64,000 nucleotides of DNA, from assembly GCA_022605425.2 (NCBI GenBank), contig JAKIMF020000004.1, positions 930,001-994,000 of the forward strand. Reading direction: 5' to 3'. Each line of letters starts with the position of its first letter. The first letter of the stretch is position 1. The DNA is from Hamiltosporidium tvaerminnensis FI-OER-3-3 (lineage: Eukaryota > Fungi > Microsporidia). Positions 24,241 through 37,446 of the stretch are shown in pieces. The position numbers and the translations under genes are program-made. Under the pieces are notes generated by a model that saw only the letters and a list, made by a program, of their open reading frames with translations, made no database searches and was not told the origin of the DNA.

Positions 24241-25339
24241 TAAGGCTCTATATATTAAATCTTCGATTTGAAATCTTTAAACCAACAACATTTCAAAAAA
24301 TGCATAGTTTTTCATTTAAAGCTAAAAATTAGTATTCGGTAATTGTATTCTATTTCTGAATATCATCCTTTATATAATAAAGGGATGCTTTATTTGTGAT
24401 AGAAACGAGCAATTTCTATTTAATTTTAGATTTTAGCATCTAGTTTGATATAAGAAGCAAAACAAGGTTTTTGATATATATATTCATTTAAATATAAATG
24501 TTTGTAAATATTAGCTCAACATGTTAAATTATTTATGAAGAAAATGTTGAGCTTATTTGGATTTTCAAATTATCTTAAATAATTCTTTTACAACAAAATA
24601 TATTTTAGCTTACATTTAATAATAATTTTTTTTTTCTGATTTCAAAGCAAAATTTATATATTATTCGATATGAATGCTTAAATTAAGATTTTTATTAAAA
24701 ATCATAGTGTATTTTAAATTTGCTGATTTATGTTTTGAAAATAATTTTTTACTTTGAAATTTTGATTATTTTGTTTTTTTGGTACTAAATATTTATTTTA
24801 TACAGAGAAAAAGAAACCATCTATTCAACAAAAGAAATAAAATCTCTCTCAGTTATTTGTGATTATAACTGAAGAGTTTTGGTAGATACAAGGTGTCAGA
24901 AATTCATTTTTAATTATAAAAAATAAAAATAACTTATCATTGTGGTTGTAATATACCTTTTCAGTGCGCATTTTTCTTTAATAGGAATTATAATAATTTG
25001 TTGCATATCGGAGAATAAATGTAATATTTAATAAAGACTCCCCACTCATTCTGCCTCTCTGCTGATTTTACCATGGCAAAAAGTAAAACATAGCAGATTA
25101 TCAGATCTACCAAATCGGATGTAGGCTTAAAAACATGCGTATTTATGCTTTTTTCGCGGAAAAATACTTATTTTGTAAGGAATTAAAGATATTTTAATGT
25201 ATTAATATCATTTTAAACCGAAAAAAAATATATATAAATTAAAAATAAATTAAATATAAATTAAAAAAATATTGAAACCATTTTATAAAGAAGAAAAAGA
25301 GGAAATGCATAAAACTTAAAAAAAATAAAAAGAAATTCG

Positions 25340-26862
25340 TTATTTTATTAGTAAAATACAGGTTTAAACCTTGTTTTCACATCTTTGTATATTTTCTTCT
25401 GCCTATTGTACCATCATCTTTTCTTCTGACAAACCCGACTTTGATTTATGTTTATTGTCAGTTCTTCCAATGTACTTCCTCCTTCTGAAATAAGGCGTGT
25501 ATTTTTTGTTTTTGATTATATAACACCTCTCCCTCGGTCATCGCTTAGTTTAAACGGAGCGTTAGCTTCTCATGCATCTAGGCTCTATTAATGACACCCA
25601 TTGATGCTCTTTACCAGCTCTCTTCTGATTTTGGTATGACTCAAGTTCTTTTGCCGATAAAGGGAATCCGTTTAAAATTATTCTTAAGTACTATAGATCA
25701 ACACCATGCCCTCCGTATTCATGTGTATTTGTTGTTTTATGAGGTATGAATTACCTTAATTTTGCCACAATACAGTTCGTGGGAATCGCATAAGGGATTA
25801 TCTCAATACTAATCTTATAAATAAGCTCTTACTTATTGGCCAGCAACTCCTACTTCCTAAGTTTTTCAGTTTTACTATTTAAAGTGGATCTCGGGAAGTA
25901 ATTCCTACTTCAAACAGTGTTATCTTATTCTACTTCTTATCTAAAATAATTATATCGAAAATATTATTTCGAATCCTAACATTAGTTTCTATCCTGATAT
26001 CTACTCTTATATCTGCATACTTATTATGAAGAATTTTTTGCACTGAGTGGCTTTTTTCCGTTTCGAAGACTCATACTTATATATATTTAGCAGGAGAAGA
26101 TGCAAGCATCTTACCTTTTCATTATACCGCTTTGTATAGTCATGACCTGGCATTTTTGAGCGGTTGCTATTTGATTTACAGTTTTACCAGACTTGCCCCT
26201 GTGTCGACAAACACATCGGCCCCCAGAATACATTTCTATCCTGGATATAGCAGAATACAGCTGCATTTCATGGCCTAATATTCCCTTTCTTTAATCATCT
26301 TAAAGAGTCACTAACACCCACGAGCTCATTTTTTCTGGCATTATATAACTTTGAATGGAGTTTTTGTTTTTCTATTTCGTTATATAGTTTTGCAAATTGA
26401 ACTTCTTCTAAACTTTTCTTAGTGACTTCTTCTATCAACCTGTACTTTACTTTTAAGAAGCCTTTTATTGGTGCAAGATGGGTTTTATTAGTATTCTATA
26501 CCTTGAAGATTGTTGCTCATTTAGTTGATATTTCTTTACTATTTTCCAGACCATCTAAGAGTTGCAGAAGCATATGTTCGCTTCGCAACTCAACACTATG
26601 TAAGCCTCTTCCAAGTTCTGTTATAAGAAGATACAAGCGCTCTTTACATCCTTGGCGAAGATATATCTTATTATTTACCAACGCCGCACGGATGGCATCA
26701 TCCAACTTAGAGAAGTCAGCCGGTTCAGGACGAAGTACCCCCATGTGGCAGTTGATCAACGATATTGCATGTTGATTAATTGCAGAAAAAATTTTTTTTG
26801 CGTTTAATCTAGTGTTACAATGTCTTTCAACTCAAGATAAATGTTTGCTTTGTACTTCTCCA
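25340..26862 (-). mobile_element. Degenerate 5'-truncated copy of the RLE-type non-LTR retrotransposon
   Basis: ORF 26517-26759 (GVLRPEPADFSKLDDAIRAALVNNKIYLRQGCKERLYL) matches 55887-56513. Nucleotide colinearity continues to the 3' UTR. Confidence 0.9.
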
Positions 26863-29186
26863 AAAAAATTATAAAAATATATGAAAAGAAATTAATTAAA
26901 GAGAAATTCAAAAAAAAAACACAAAAATCAAATTAAGAAAAATTGCCAAAAAATTAATTCTTTATATCCTGCTTTTAATACATTTTTTATATATTTCTCT
27001 TCTCAATGGATTTCTCTATTTGTTCTTTATATACGCACTTTTTAGTATTTTGCTCTAAAATCTAAAAATATATGAAAATTAAGAATAAATAAAATAAGAC
27101 CTAAGTTACTAAAATACACCTCAATAAAAGGTCTGAAAAAATATTTTTATTCTTGTTTTGGTTAACAGACTATTTTGCCAATTTATGCATTTTATCAGAA
27201 GAATGCGATAACGAACAACAAAGGAATGTATAAAATAACAATAAAAAATTACTTTGATTTTCAGTAAGAAATTCATCCAGAATCGAGCATATAAAATATG
27301 AGAATCTAATTGAAACGTGTAAATTTTTAAATTTTAATTATAACTCCGAAAACATTGGTTTAAGTCTGAGAAGATGTTATTTTCTTCATGTTCTTCTTTA
27401 TTTTTATAAGGTGGAACAGAACAAAATAAGACATTTATTGAGTCATTTATTAGTATTTATACGCCAAAATTTGTAAGATAAATTAATTCCGAACGATTAT
27501 TTTCTACATAATCATCAATCGATCGATAAATTAATTCTGAATTTGTTTATAATCAAATAAGTAATTGAGTAAATGTATATACTTGTTTTGAATACGATTG
27601 AAAAACCGTACTAAAAACTTCAATTAAATATAAATTTGTTAAAAACATTTCTAAATTATTTCCTATTAAAATATTCTTAACATAAATGGATGCTTAAAAA
27701 AGTCAAATTTAATAGCCTAATATTCCCACACTTGAATTGTGTCAAATAATATCATTTATATAATTTAGTAATGTACCGACGACGACGACTTACCTCGAAA
27801 TGTTTAATTAGTTAAAGGAATATAAGACATCACTAAGAATGCCTCAATCAAGAAAAAGGTCTTTCTTCTTGTTCATAAAACTTAAACACCAAGAATAGAG
27901 AGTAGAACTGAACATAAAACAATTGAAAAATTCTATTGGTTTAAAAATTGAAATAAAGTTCATGAATTTTCTTCTAGCTTATTAATATGGAAAAAAATAA
28001 ACCGGATTAGTTTTTTCAATTTTCCTAAGTTTTCAATCTTGAAAAAAACTTAAATCAATTTGTTCTGATTTCTTTTCTATGATTTTACAGTTGCATAAAA
28101 AATTGTATGATAAGATTGATGCTTGATCACCATTCTTCTGTTTAATTTATTTACATTCTCAATAATAATTGCAAAAAATAATTTTGGTTGAATAGCTTCG
28201 TTGAACTTTATCTTTGTTAAATTAAAATAAAGTTGCACGAAAAATATATAAACCGAAACGGAATATTGTTTAAAAAAGAGTTTTTTTCAGATAGATGTAT
28301 TACTTCACGAAAAAGGACAGAATGAGTAAAAATAGATGGAAGGTGATCATACCAAACAAAAAATGCCGAATTGAAGATCAAAACAATTCGAAGTAAATAA
28401 AAGAGAAAAAGAAGAATATGCTGATTAAAAAAGTTTAAATTTTTTTTTGTAATCGCACAAAAGCAGGTAATATTTTGAACATAAAAGACTAAAAAAATAT
28501 ACGAAAAACAGACCAGGTGAAATTAAAAAATTATTATTGAAAAGGTTAAGGAACTATGGCACATATAATGAAGTTTAAGATATTTTTCAGTATTTCTTTT
28601 CTTATGAATGTAAAAGAAGGTTTGTTTTCCGAGCTTAACGGCTAGTGTAAATACAAAACACAATTTAGAACAATAATTTAATGACAAAAAAATTTAAAAA
28701 AAACCACGATTACTCGTATTAAAGATTTCATTCTTTTCTTTACAATCCTTTAAAATCGAAAAATTAATTCACTTAAATTATTCTTTAACTCTCTATTTTT
28801 GGCTCTAACCCAAACAAAGATATGAAAATATTTTATTTATAAAATTTATTTGACACAAATGAGTCAACAGATTTCACTAAAAATGATTCTATCACATTTG
28901 AACTGACCTTAGAATCCAAAAACTATATTTGTTTTAAGCTTATATAAAGACAAACACAATTTATATCTTTTCTTTTGGAATATCTAAATTATTTTAACTT
29001 ACATCAAAATATTACATTCATTTATAATTTCATGTATCTCAAATTTTATTACTATCGTCATGGAATTTTTCATTTTTTTAAAAATCATTTTTTCCTAAAT
29101 GAAAATAACAATTTCCACCGAATTTGTGTAAATTTAGTCTCTTATATCTCATTTTTCGTTCAATGCAACATTAAAATCATTGAAAT

Positions 29187-29563
29187 AAAGATTTTGACAA
29201 AGAATTCTCTTAAGTAAAATATACGGACTATGAAAATAATAATCTTTTATTCTAAAGATTTTGACAAAAAATTTCCATTTATTAAAATATACGGACTATG
29301 AAAATAATAATCTTTTATTTTAAAGATTTTGACAAAAAATTTCCATTTATTAAAATATACGGACTTGAAAATAATAATCTTTTATTCTAAAGATTTTGAC
29401 AAAAAATTTCCATTTATTAAAATATACGGACTTGAAAATAATAATCTTTGATTTTAAAGATTTTGAAAAAAAAATTCCATTTATTAAAATATACGGACTT
29501 GAAAATAATAATCTTTTATTCTAAAGATTTTGACAAAAAATTTCCATTTATTAAAATTTACGG
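29187..29563. repeat. Minisatellite, 67-68 bp unit, about 5.5 copies
   Basis: ATACGG anchors at 29221, 29289, 29357, 29424 and 29491, with a variant at 29558. No unique spacers. Confidence 0.95.
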
Positions 29564-29948
29564 TGTTTAAAATAAAATGTTTTCGTTCTTGATCCAAACA
29601 GAGTAATAATATCACTACGATTGTTACTATAACTACCAAGAAATATTAATAAAAATTAGAATAAATCTTTAATGATTTAATAACAAATTATTTTATTAAA
29701 AATAGTTAAAGAAAATCAACAAAACAAAAAATTCATAGTTTTTAAAAAAATATTTACAAATAAATATTCTAAAACCTTTTATACAAAAAAATATTTTGAT
29801 ATTAAAGATTATTTTTTTACATTTCTTTTTATTTGAAATACATTTTTCACCAATTTTAAACCGATAGATTTCTTCTAAAAAATAAAAATAAAACAAAACA
29901 TTTCTTTTAAAATTACTTTTTATTTTAATAAAACAATTAGGGGTTATT

Positions 29949-30440
29949 ATGGCAGAAAGTACTACTACAGACAATAGCGCAATATATTTTCCATTAATAC
30001 GTCTCGCTGCTTTATTGGTGGGTGTGCTACCTTCGTTTATAGGTGTAGGTAAAGGAATGCAAGAAGCAGCAGTGGGAATATGTACATCAGCATCTATAAG
30101 ACTAGATCTTTCCATAACAATTATACCTTTGGCATTTATATCTGCGTCTTTGATTTATTCTGTTTTAATTTTTTTCATATTTGCAAAATACAAAGTAGAA
30201 GATTATTCAAATGGATTTCAATTACTTACAGCTTGTTTTATGACAGGCATTGGTGGTATGGTAGCATCTATAGCTACGGGTACAATAGCTAAGAGTGCTA
30301 CTGTTACAAGAGCACAACAGAAAAATTTTACTACACAGTTTTTATTACTTATGATTTTTGCAGAACTTATAGGTCTTTTCGGTATGATATTGGCTTTAGC
30401 ACATGGTTATGAAGTTATTAGTAGTGGAAGTGGGCAATAA
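29949..30440 (+). CDS. V-type H+-ATPase V0 proteolipid subunit c/c'-like (163 aa)
   Basis: Four hydrophobic segments, IIPLAF..LIYSVL in TM2, a RAQQKNF loop, and TM4 LMIFAELIGLFGMI carrying the proton-binding Glu. Confidence 0.9.
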   Translation: MAESTTTDNSAIYFPLIRLAALLVGVLPSFIGVGKGMQEAAVGICTSASIRLDLSITIIPLAFISASLIYSVLIFFIFAKYKVEDYSNGFQLLTACFMTGIGGMVASIATGTIAKSATVTRAQQKNFTTQFLLLMIFAELIGLFGMILALAHGYEVISSGSGQ

Positions 30441-31992
30441 ATATATTTCGGTATCGTAATTATATTTTTCTATTTCCTGTTTCTATCTATTCCTCCTTTT
30501 TTTTAAATTTTAGTTCTTTTTTCTTTCTACCTTTCCTTTTAAATTTGTTCAGTTGGATTTTCCTGTATATTTTCTATCTTTTATAATCTTTTTAAATCTT
30601 TTCAATCCTTTTACTTCTATCTTTTATCTTTTAATCGTCAATTATTCAAAGATTGGAGATAAAAACTATTGATTGAAATAAATGCTTTGTGTATAAATAA
30701 ATATATGACTAAAAAATGGAAATATATCATTGATTTGGATTACTATAGTTTTTATTGAATATTTTTTATAATTTAACGATAAAATTATAGTATTTTTTGA
30801 TCTAAATATTGATTTCTAATTATATCCTGAAATGTATATTGTTTAGATAATTATAAATTGAAAATCTTAAATACTTTTTGGTAGCCCTAATTGATAGAAT
30901 TTTGTATTTTATAAATATTTTTATTATTTTCAATTTTATTTTAGGATTTGCCAAGTACTATTAAATTATTAAGCTCGATGATTACAAAATAAATTAAATA
31001 TTTAGAAATAGTGTTTTGAAAAAAACAGTTTTTAGAATCTAGACCATGTGTTTATAAATAGTTAGGATTTATGAAAAATAACGAAGAAATTTAAGGATTA
31101 TATTATTTGAGAACAATGAGCACGAATTACTATCAAAGATCAAAATGGCGTCACGATAAGTATATGAAAATGAAACATTTTCATGCCATTTATCAACATG
31201 CGATACCTTTAATTAACAACCACGTGTGTGAATTTTAATGATATTTGCCTATTCTTTTGTTTTTCATCACAAAACATATTTCTTAGATCAATATCAAATA
31301 TATCATATATTAGAACGTATTATTTTTCCCTATTAAGTTGATCAGAACCAGGAAGGGACCTAGAAGATGGCAAATTACGAAGCAAATAAATTCGTTCTCA
31401 ATATTTAGATTGGCTTAAAAGAAACAATTAATATCATCGGTAACAGAAAAATTCTAGATGGTGAAATATGGTAAAATGCCTCACGGACCAAAAAAAGTTT
31501 AGGTTAATTATAGAATATTCCTAGAAAGTAAAATGTAAAGATCAAAAGAAATTTATTGTTTTGTATACGATAATATAAACAACACAAATTCAAAGTCTTA
31601 TATTTACAAATAATTCATTTTAAAGGCGGTTCATCTTTTAAATAACTTAATAATGGAAAGAAAAAAGACTAAATAAAACCATTTTCTTTGATTAGAACCA
31701 AGAGTTTTTATGGAACATTGAATAAGAATATTTACATTAGAAACACACGGAAATATTAATGAAGAATTTAGAACGTAATGGGAAAAAAAATTTAAGTCTT
31801 TTATCTTAGATTGTAATTATAAAGTAATTAAGACATATATCTAGATTAAAAAGGCATTTAAGATCGTCTACAAACGATCCGAAGAAAATAATTCATGAAT
31901 ATATTTGTCTAAATATACGAAAAAAATCTTGTGTTTTGAATATCTATTCATAACAACATTCGTAATGACAGGAATAAAACTTTAATAAACAA

Positions 31993-32714
31993 TTTTTATT
32001 TAAAAATATCACAGCTTTTTAAAATAGTGGCAAGTGTTATATTTGTTTTCATGACATTAACGCAGTTCTAGGTTTAACATAAATTACCCTAACACTCTAT
32101 CAGTACCCCCTGTGATATCTACATCCTAAAGCCTTTCATCTACCGGGTGTGTAAAACCTAATTAATAGGCGAGGCAGCTGCTCGGTGTTCGTTAATGTCT
32201 GTTGCATGGTGTTTGATCGAAGGCAGAAGTCTCCCTTGGGCTCCCCCAAGACTACGCAGCATTCCTACTTACTCTACACTTTCTGAATTCAATAAACTTC
32301 TAGCTAAGATATATTTAAGAGATTTACATGAAGTCCACCTAGACAGTGCAATGTCATACCAACAGGTAAGATCTGCTACTTAGCCCTTCCGGCTTTTAAC
32401 GGGTTTATTTTTATATCTCCAAGGCGCTAAGTCTTCTAACCGAGTGAGCAAGGCTAGCTTTCTATGCTTTTACATGAAAATTAATTACAATTTCAGCTGC
32501 GGTCTGCCATCTGGTTGCATAAAAAACTACAAATAAATTTGTAGAAAAAGTTTCTCCATTTCTTAGACCTCTCCTCCTCATAACAACTCCCATGGAAAAA
32601 CCAACGATGTAGTGTGGTTTGATTCACACCAAAAATCCAAACAATTATCCTCATACCAGTTTCACACACCCAATGCCAAGCCGAAACTTTTTTATGTGGT
32701 TATCCTTTTTCCAA
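31993..32714 (-). mobile_element. ~740-nt retroposon family, full-length inverted copy
   Basis: Reverse complement is colinear with 13257-13985 along its whole length. Confidence 0.9.
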
Positions 32715-32949
32715 TAACGCTGCTAACAAAAGTTAAAGATTATAAGTTATTTAAATATTCATTAGTGTCAAAAGGTTTATTCGTAATATTCAAATTGAAA
32801 AAAAAAAAACTTAAGAGGAAGGCGTACTTGGAATAGGATTCTTTTATTCTTGGTTTTCAAAACAATCCTGGTAATGAATTTTGAAGGTGATCTAACCAGA
32901 TATTAAAATATATTTAAAGAATATACTTAGTCTAATTTATTGGTTTAAA

Positions 32950-33860
32950 AAAAACACATTTTTAGAAACAGTGGCACGTGTTATATTGTTTTAATACCAT
33001 TGACGGAGATCTAGATTAATATAAATATTATTCCTCTAATACTCTATTAGTAACCCAATGATACTTTCCTACAATAGATTTTCATTCCTAGGCGGGTAGA
33101 ACTCATTATTGAGCGAGTTTTTTTTTCTTTAGTTCGCTAATTTCCGTTGCCTAGAGTGTGATACAGGGTCTAATTTTCCTTTTGGACCCCAAGGCCAAAG
33201 CAATCTCTTTTACTCTACACTTGCCGAACCCGATAAACCTTTGTATAAGATATATCTTACTGACCGATATAGGATCGAGACAGACTTTGAGATGACATAC
33301 TGTGATATTATTTATATCACAAAAATATAATATTTTTTTTATTTTAAAATAAAAAAGAGGGATGTGCCATGATGAATAAAATTAATAAAGACGATTATTC
33401 TACATATAAAAACAATTTTTTACACAATAACAGAGGAATTGTGAGCCGGAAGACGATCTCCTTGTTAGAGACGTACCAAAAACTTAGCTGTTTTCTGAAA
33501 ATTACGGCACATATCAATAGGTATGGCCACAAATTAGCTTTTTTGGCTTTTTAAAGGGTAAGTATTTCGTATATCCTAGATGGTAAGTCTTCAAATCCAA
33601 GTGAGCAAGACAATTTTTTCATGTATTTACATGTAAATTTAGTTCTTATGTCAAATATACTTGAATAAAATACTAAAAACTCTTTTTGTAGTAAATTTTT
33701 TATGGTTTTGCTGACCTTTTTCTATATATACGCCACTGGAAACAACCTAAAATTACCTTTAGTTTTAATTCAACTAAAAATCTAAACACTAACTTCCTAA
33801 ATTAACTTCATCTATTCATTACCAAGCAGATAGTTTTTCTCGAGAGTATCCTTCATCCAC
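32950..33860 (-). mobile_element. ~740-nt retroposon family, old degenerate inverted copy with an internal insertion near 33290-33470
   Basis: Retains CAGTGGCACGTGTTATAT, TACTCTACACTT, AAGTCTTC...GTGAGCAAG and CATTACCAAGCAGATAGTTTTT...TCCAC. Confidence 0.7.
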
Positions 33861-35646
33861 AATTAGTCACATATCAGTTAAATATACTTGAGTTTTAAAT
33901 AAACATGTGTTTCCTTGAGAATATTGTATTTGATTTCAAGAAAGCTAGCGGCAAGGAACATAAATACAATTATTACTATACTTTGATATTTAAGGTAATA
34001 AGCTATAAACGAATTATCTTTTAGAAATATAAATAAAAATAAGGTTTTTCCAAATTTCGTAAAATATAATCTACTTGTCTATTATGCTTATATTCTTCAT
34101 CTAAAAAAAATTGATGCATTAATTATAGATTTTAAGTAATTTGTGGTTTATTCTTGACAAAATACATTTAAAAACAATAAACTGTATTTTAAACTTTATC
34201 TTTAACCATCCAATTGTTAGAGTTTTGATTCAATACCTTTCATCAGTCAAAATATTACTTAAAATTACACTCACTGGTAAATATAAGTAAAATAATTATT
34301 CATGGATTACTACATTAAACTATAAACACAGCATTGTTTTTTATTAAGGAGTTTCTAGTTACAAAATTTTAAGAGAAAATTTGAGGTTAAATATTTGCTG
34401 AAAATAAAATTATAATTCATACAATTGACTTTATTTATTAAATCATTTTCTTTTATTTCCTTTGTAAGCAATCTTAATAAAAAAGCGAAAATATAATTTA
34501 TCCACGGATTTTAAAAACTTATTTTATTTAACTGAGGCATATCATTGTCTACTATGTAAACTATTGTGTTCTTAAAACATAATTAATGCTAATATAGTTT
34601 TCTTTTTTAATTTGAAGATCAAAACTTTATATATTTTAAAAGTATAGAAAATCAAAAATTCAAATAATAGAAGATAAATAAAAATTCAGAATAAAGAGAA
34701 TAACCAATATAATCATGTCAAAGTTGATTTGTAAATTAATTAAAAAAACTGATAAATTTATTTTAAATTAAACATATTTGGAATTTATTTTTACCAAATT
34801 TGTCTTCATGTTAAATATATATGAATATAAAGAAAATATTTTTTTTATAATTTAACAGAAACAATTGAAATGTGGTATCTTTAAGAAATACCGGCATAAA
34901 AGTTCGATTGAATCATAATTTCTAGAATTTACATTTTTATATTGATTTTGTATTTTTATTGAAATTTGATATTTTGATCTTTAAAAAATAAAATGAAATT
35001 ATTTATGATCAAAACCGTTAAATTTTCAAGCAATTAATTAATCTATTGATAAAAAAAATGTAAAAATTAATAAAAATTTCAATTGATCAAAACAATTAAT
35101 TTAAATTTTTGACAAATCTTTATTGTTTTTTAATATATATTTCATTATTTTAAATATAATTTGAGGAACCAAGAAGATTCTGATTTAATTTATTATTTGT
35201 TTTCTTAAATTTTTAATTTGTCGAAATATTTCACAATTTTAATATTTTGTATTTATAAGATAAATTTTAATTGTTGTGTGAATCATTTACATCAAATAGC
35301 ATTTATTTAAACAATTAAAACTATTTTAGAAAAATAAAATAAATAAAGAAAATAGGGAAATTTTAGTAAATTAGAATAAAAATATAAATCATTTGAATTA
35401 CAATAATAATTATAATTTATTCTTTTTTGATTAAAATGATCTACTTTATAAATTATATTCCTAAATTTTTAAAATTTAATTAAAAATTTGAAGAAAAATT
35501 CTGATAAAATCTAAAAAAAAATTATATGAAATCATTTTGTAATAAACTGATATGACAGGATTCTTTAATGAATAAATTACTTTTTTTATTTAATTTAAAT
35601 AAGTAAAGATTTAAAACGTCTGTTTTTAAAACTTACACCCATTTTT

Positions 35647-36309
35647 ATGAGATCAGATTTGCAAAAAATACTTTTAAAATATATAAAAATGGAGATAAAT
35701 AAAGATGAAATGAAAAAATATCTCGAAGAAAATAAAATATCAGTTAAAGAGTTTAACAAATATGTAGCCAAGTTTATTAAAAAACTTCATTCGGTTTCCA
35801 ATTCCTACAAAAATTTACAATTGTCTCAGGAATGTAAAATAAGTAAAAAGATTTCCACTGACGAATTTTTGGATGAAAATTTTATCTCTGAAATTGAAAA
35901 TCAAATAGATCAATATAAAACAACGGATAAAAATGAAAAATTAGTAGAAAATGAAAATATATCAGAGGATATGTCATTTCCTGATATTTTAAGTATTGAT
36001 CAAAAGGATTTAAAATATTATACGGTAGATTATAATATTCTTAGTTCTAAAATAAACAGATTACTTTCATTCGAGGATTTACAAAATCGTTTAGCAAGAA
36101 TTGCCAAAGAAGCCAATCTTAATCCCAAAGTCGACAAAGAAACAATTGAAAGTGTAAATAATGCTATGAATTTTTACATTAAACATTTAATAATGAAGGC
36201 TTTGAAAACAGCTAAGAATAAAAATATAACTATTGAGGATTTAAAAAATGCCATAAAAAATGAAGAACCTCATCACGAGTATCCGGACATCAAGGATGAT
36301 TGTATTTGA
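35647..36309 (+). CDS. Histone-fold protein, probable SAGA subunit Ada1/Tada1-like (220 aa)
   Basis: Intact ORF with an upstream CCC motif. The C-terminal LLSFEDLQNRLARIAKEANL..VDKETIESVNNAMNFYIKHLI...ITIEDLKNAI fits a Tada1-type histone fold, and LLKYIKMEINKDEM resembles the Tada1 F..KLSK.EF motif. Family call is from recall. Confidence 0.6.
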   Translation: MRSDLQKILLKYIKMEINKDEMKKYLEENKISVKEFNKYVAKFIKKLHSVSNSYKNLQLSQECKISKKISTDEFLDENFISEIENQIDQYKTTDKNEKLVENENISEDMSFPDILSIDQKDLKYYTVDYNILSSKINRLLSFEDLQNRLARIAKEANLNPKVDKETIESVNNAMNFYIKHLIMKALKTAKNKNITIEDLKNAIKNEEPHHEYPDIKDDCI

Positions 36310-36465
36310 GAAATTGTTTTTTTTACTGTACTTAAATTATTTTGCTCCTTAAAGAAATATCAGAGTTTGACGTTAAAATAAAGAAAAATTTTAAAAAAAG
36401 TTTTTTTTATTCAAATTTTATGTTTCAATTTAGCGTTTTAAAACGACCCTTTCAAAAATAATTTA

Positions 36466-37176
36466 TTACACAGAATTATTTATTGCTTCAATTAAAACAA
36501 GCGGATCAATAAGTTTAGAATTTTCTAAAAACATGCCATGTATATTCTTTGAAGAATCCACAAGCAGGTGAATAATTCCATCGCTAGAAAGTTCCTCATT
36601 TTTGTTTGGATCCAATACAAATATATTTTCATAAACGGCGTATGTCTTTGGTTTGGGAAGATCAAGACTAGTTTCAATATCACAAAATATATCTAATCTA
36701 TCAAGATTTTCAATTATTGGAATATTTATACAGCTGAAAATTTTTTGAAGTGCTAAAAAAAACAAATCAAACACGCATCCATCATCTTTGAAAATTACAG
36801 CTTCAACTTTGACACCAATTTTGTAGTTTTTTAAAAATTCTTTCAAAGTTTCTTGAATTAAATTCAAAAAAAATTCGTTAGATTCTATATTACTAGAATC
36901 AAGTGTTTTTGAGGATTCTGGTGCAATTGAGCTTTCTGTTGTATCATTTTCAATTCTTTCTAATGTAAATAATGTCTCTTCCGTTTCTATAAACCGTATT
37001 GATACTTCAATTTCCGTTTCCCCTCTTACAACATGTAAATGCCCATCACTTTGTTCAATAGTACTTTCCATAAATACAGTTTCCCGTTCATCATTCATTT
37101 TTCTTAAATCAACTCTTAAATTTTCTAATATGCATTTTCTTGTAAATTCAATTTCTTCTGTTGATAAAGCCTTCAT
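36466..37176 (-). CDS. RNA exosome RNase PH-like subunit (Rrp42/Rrp45 family, 236 aa)
   Basis: N-terminus LSTEEIEFTRKCILENLRVDLRK (cf. LS..E..F.......R.DGR), plus SDGHLHVVRGETEI, IFKDDGCVFD and FVLDPNKNEE motifs. Confidence 0.8.
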   Translation of the reverse strand: MKALSTEEIEFTRKCILENLRVDLRKMNDERETVFMESTIEQSDGHLHVVRGETEIEVSIRFIETEETLFTLERIENDTTESSIAPESSKTLDSSNIESNEFFLNLIQETLKEFLKNYKIGVKVEAVIFKDDGCVFDLFFLALQKIFSCINIPIIENLDRLDIFCDIETSLDLPKPKTYAVYENIFVLDPNKNEELSSDGIIHLLVDSSKNIHGMFLENSKLIDPLVLIEAINNSV

Positions 37177-37446
37177 TATAAAGGATTAAATTTTTATTTC
37201 AAATTCATTTTTGAAAAATTATTTCTTGAATATTTATAAGGGAAATATCAGTTTTAAAAAAATATCTTTGTACTAATTATTTACAAAAAAGTATCTGTAA
37301 ATAATATTTAATCGTAGGTATTGCCAATATAAATCGAATTTTAAAATATTAGCATTTTCTAGGCAAGGTGTATTATAATATTTTAAAATTCGGTATTTTT
37401 ATTTGATTTGTATCCTTAAATTTAATGTAATTGGAAATCGTATATA

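Noticed and set aside
29187-29563. CRISPR array
   Set aside because: Units are identical along their full length with no unique spacers, no cas genes are present, and the context is eukaryotic.
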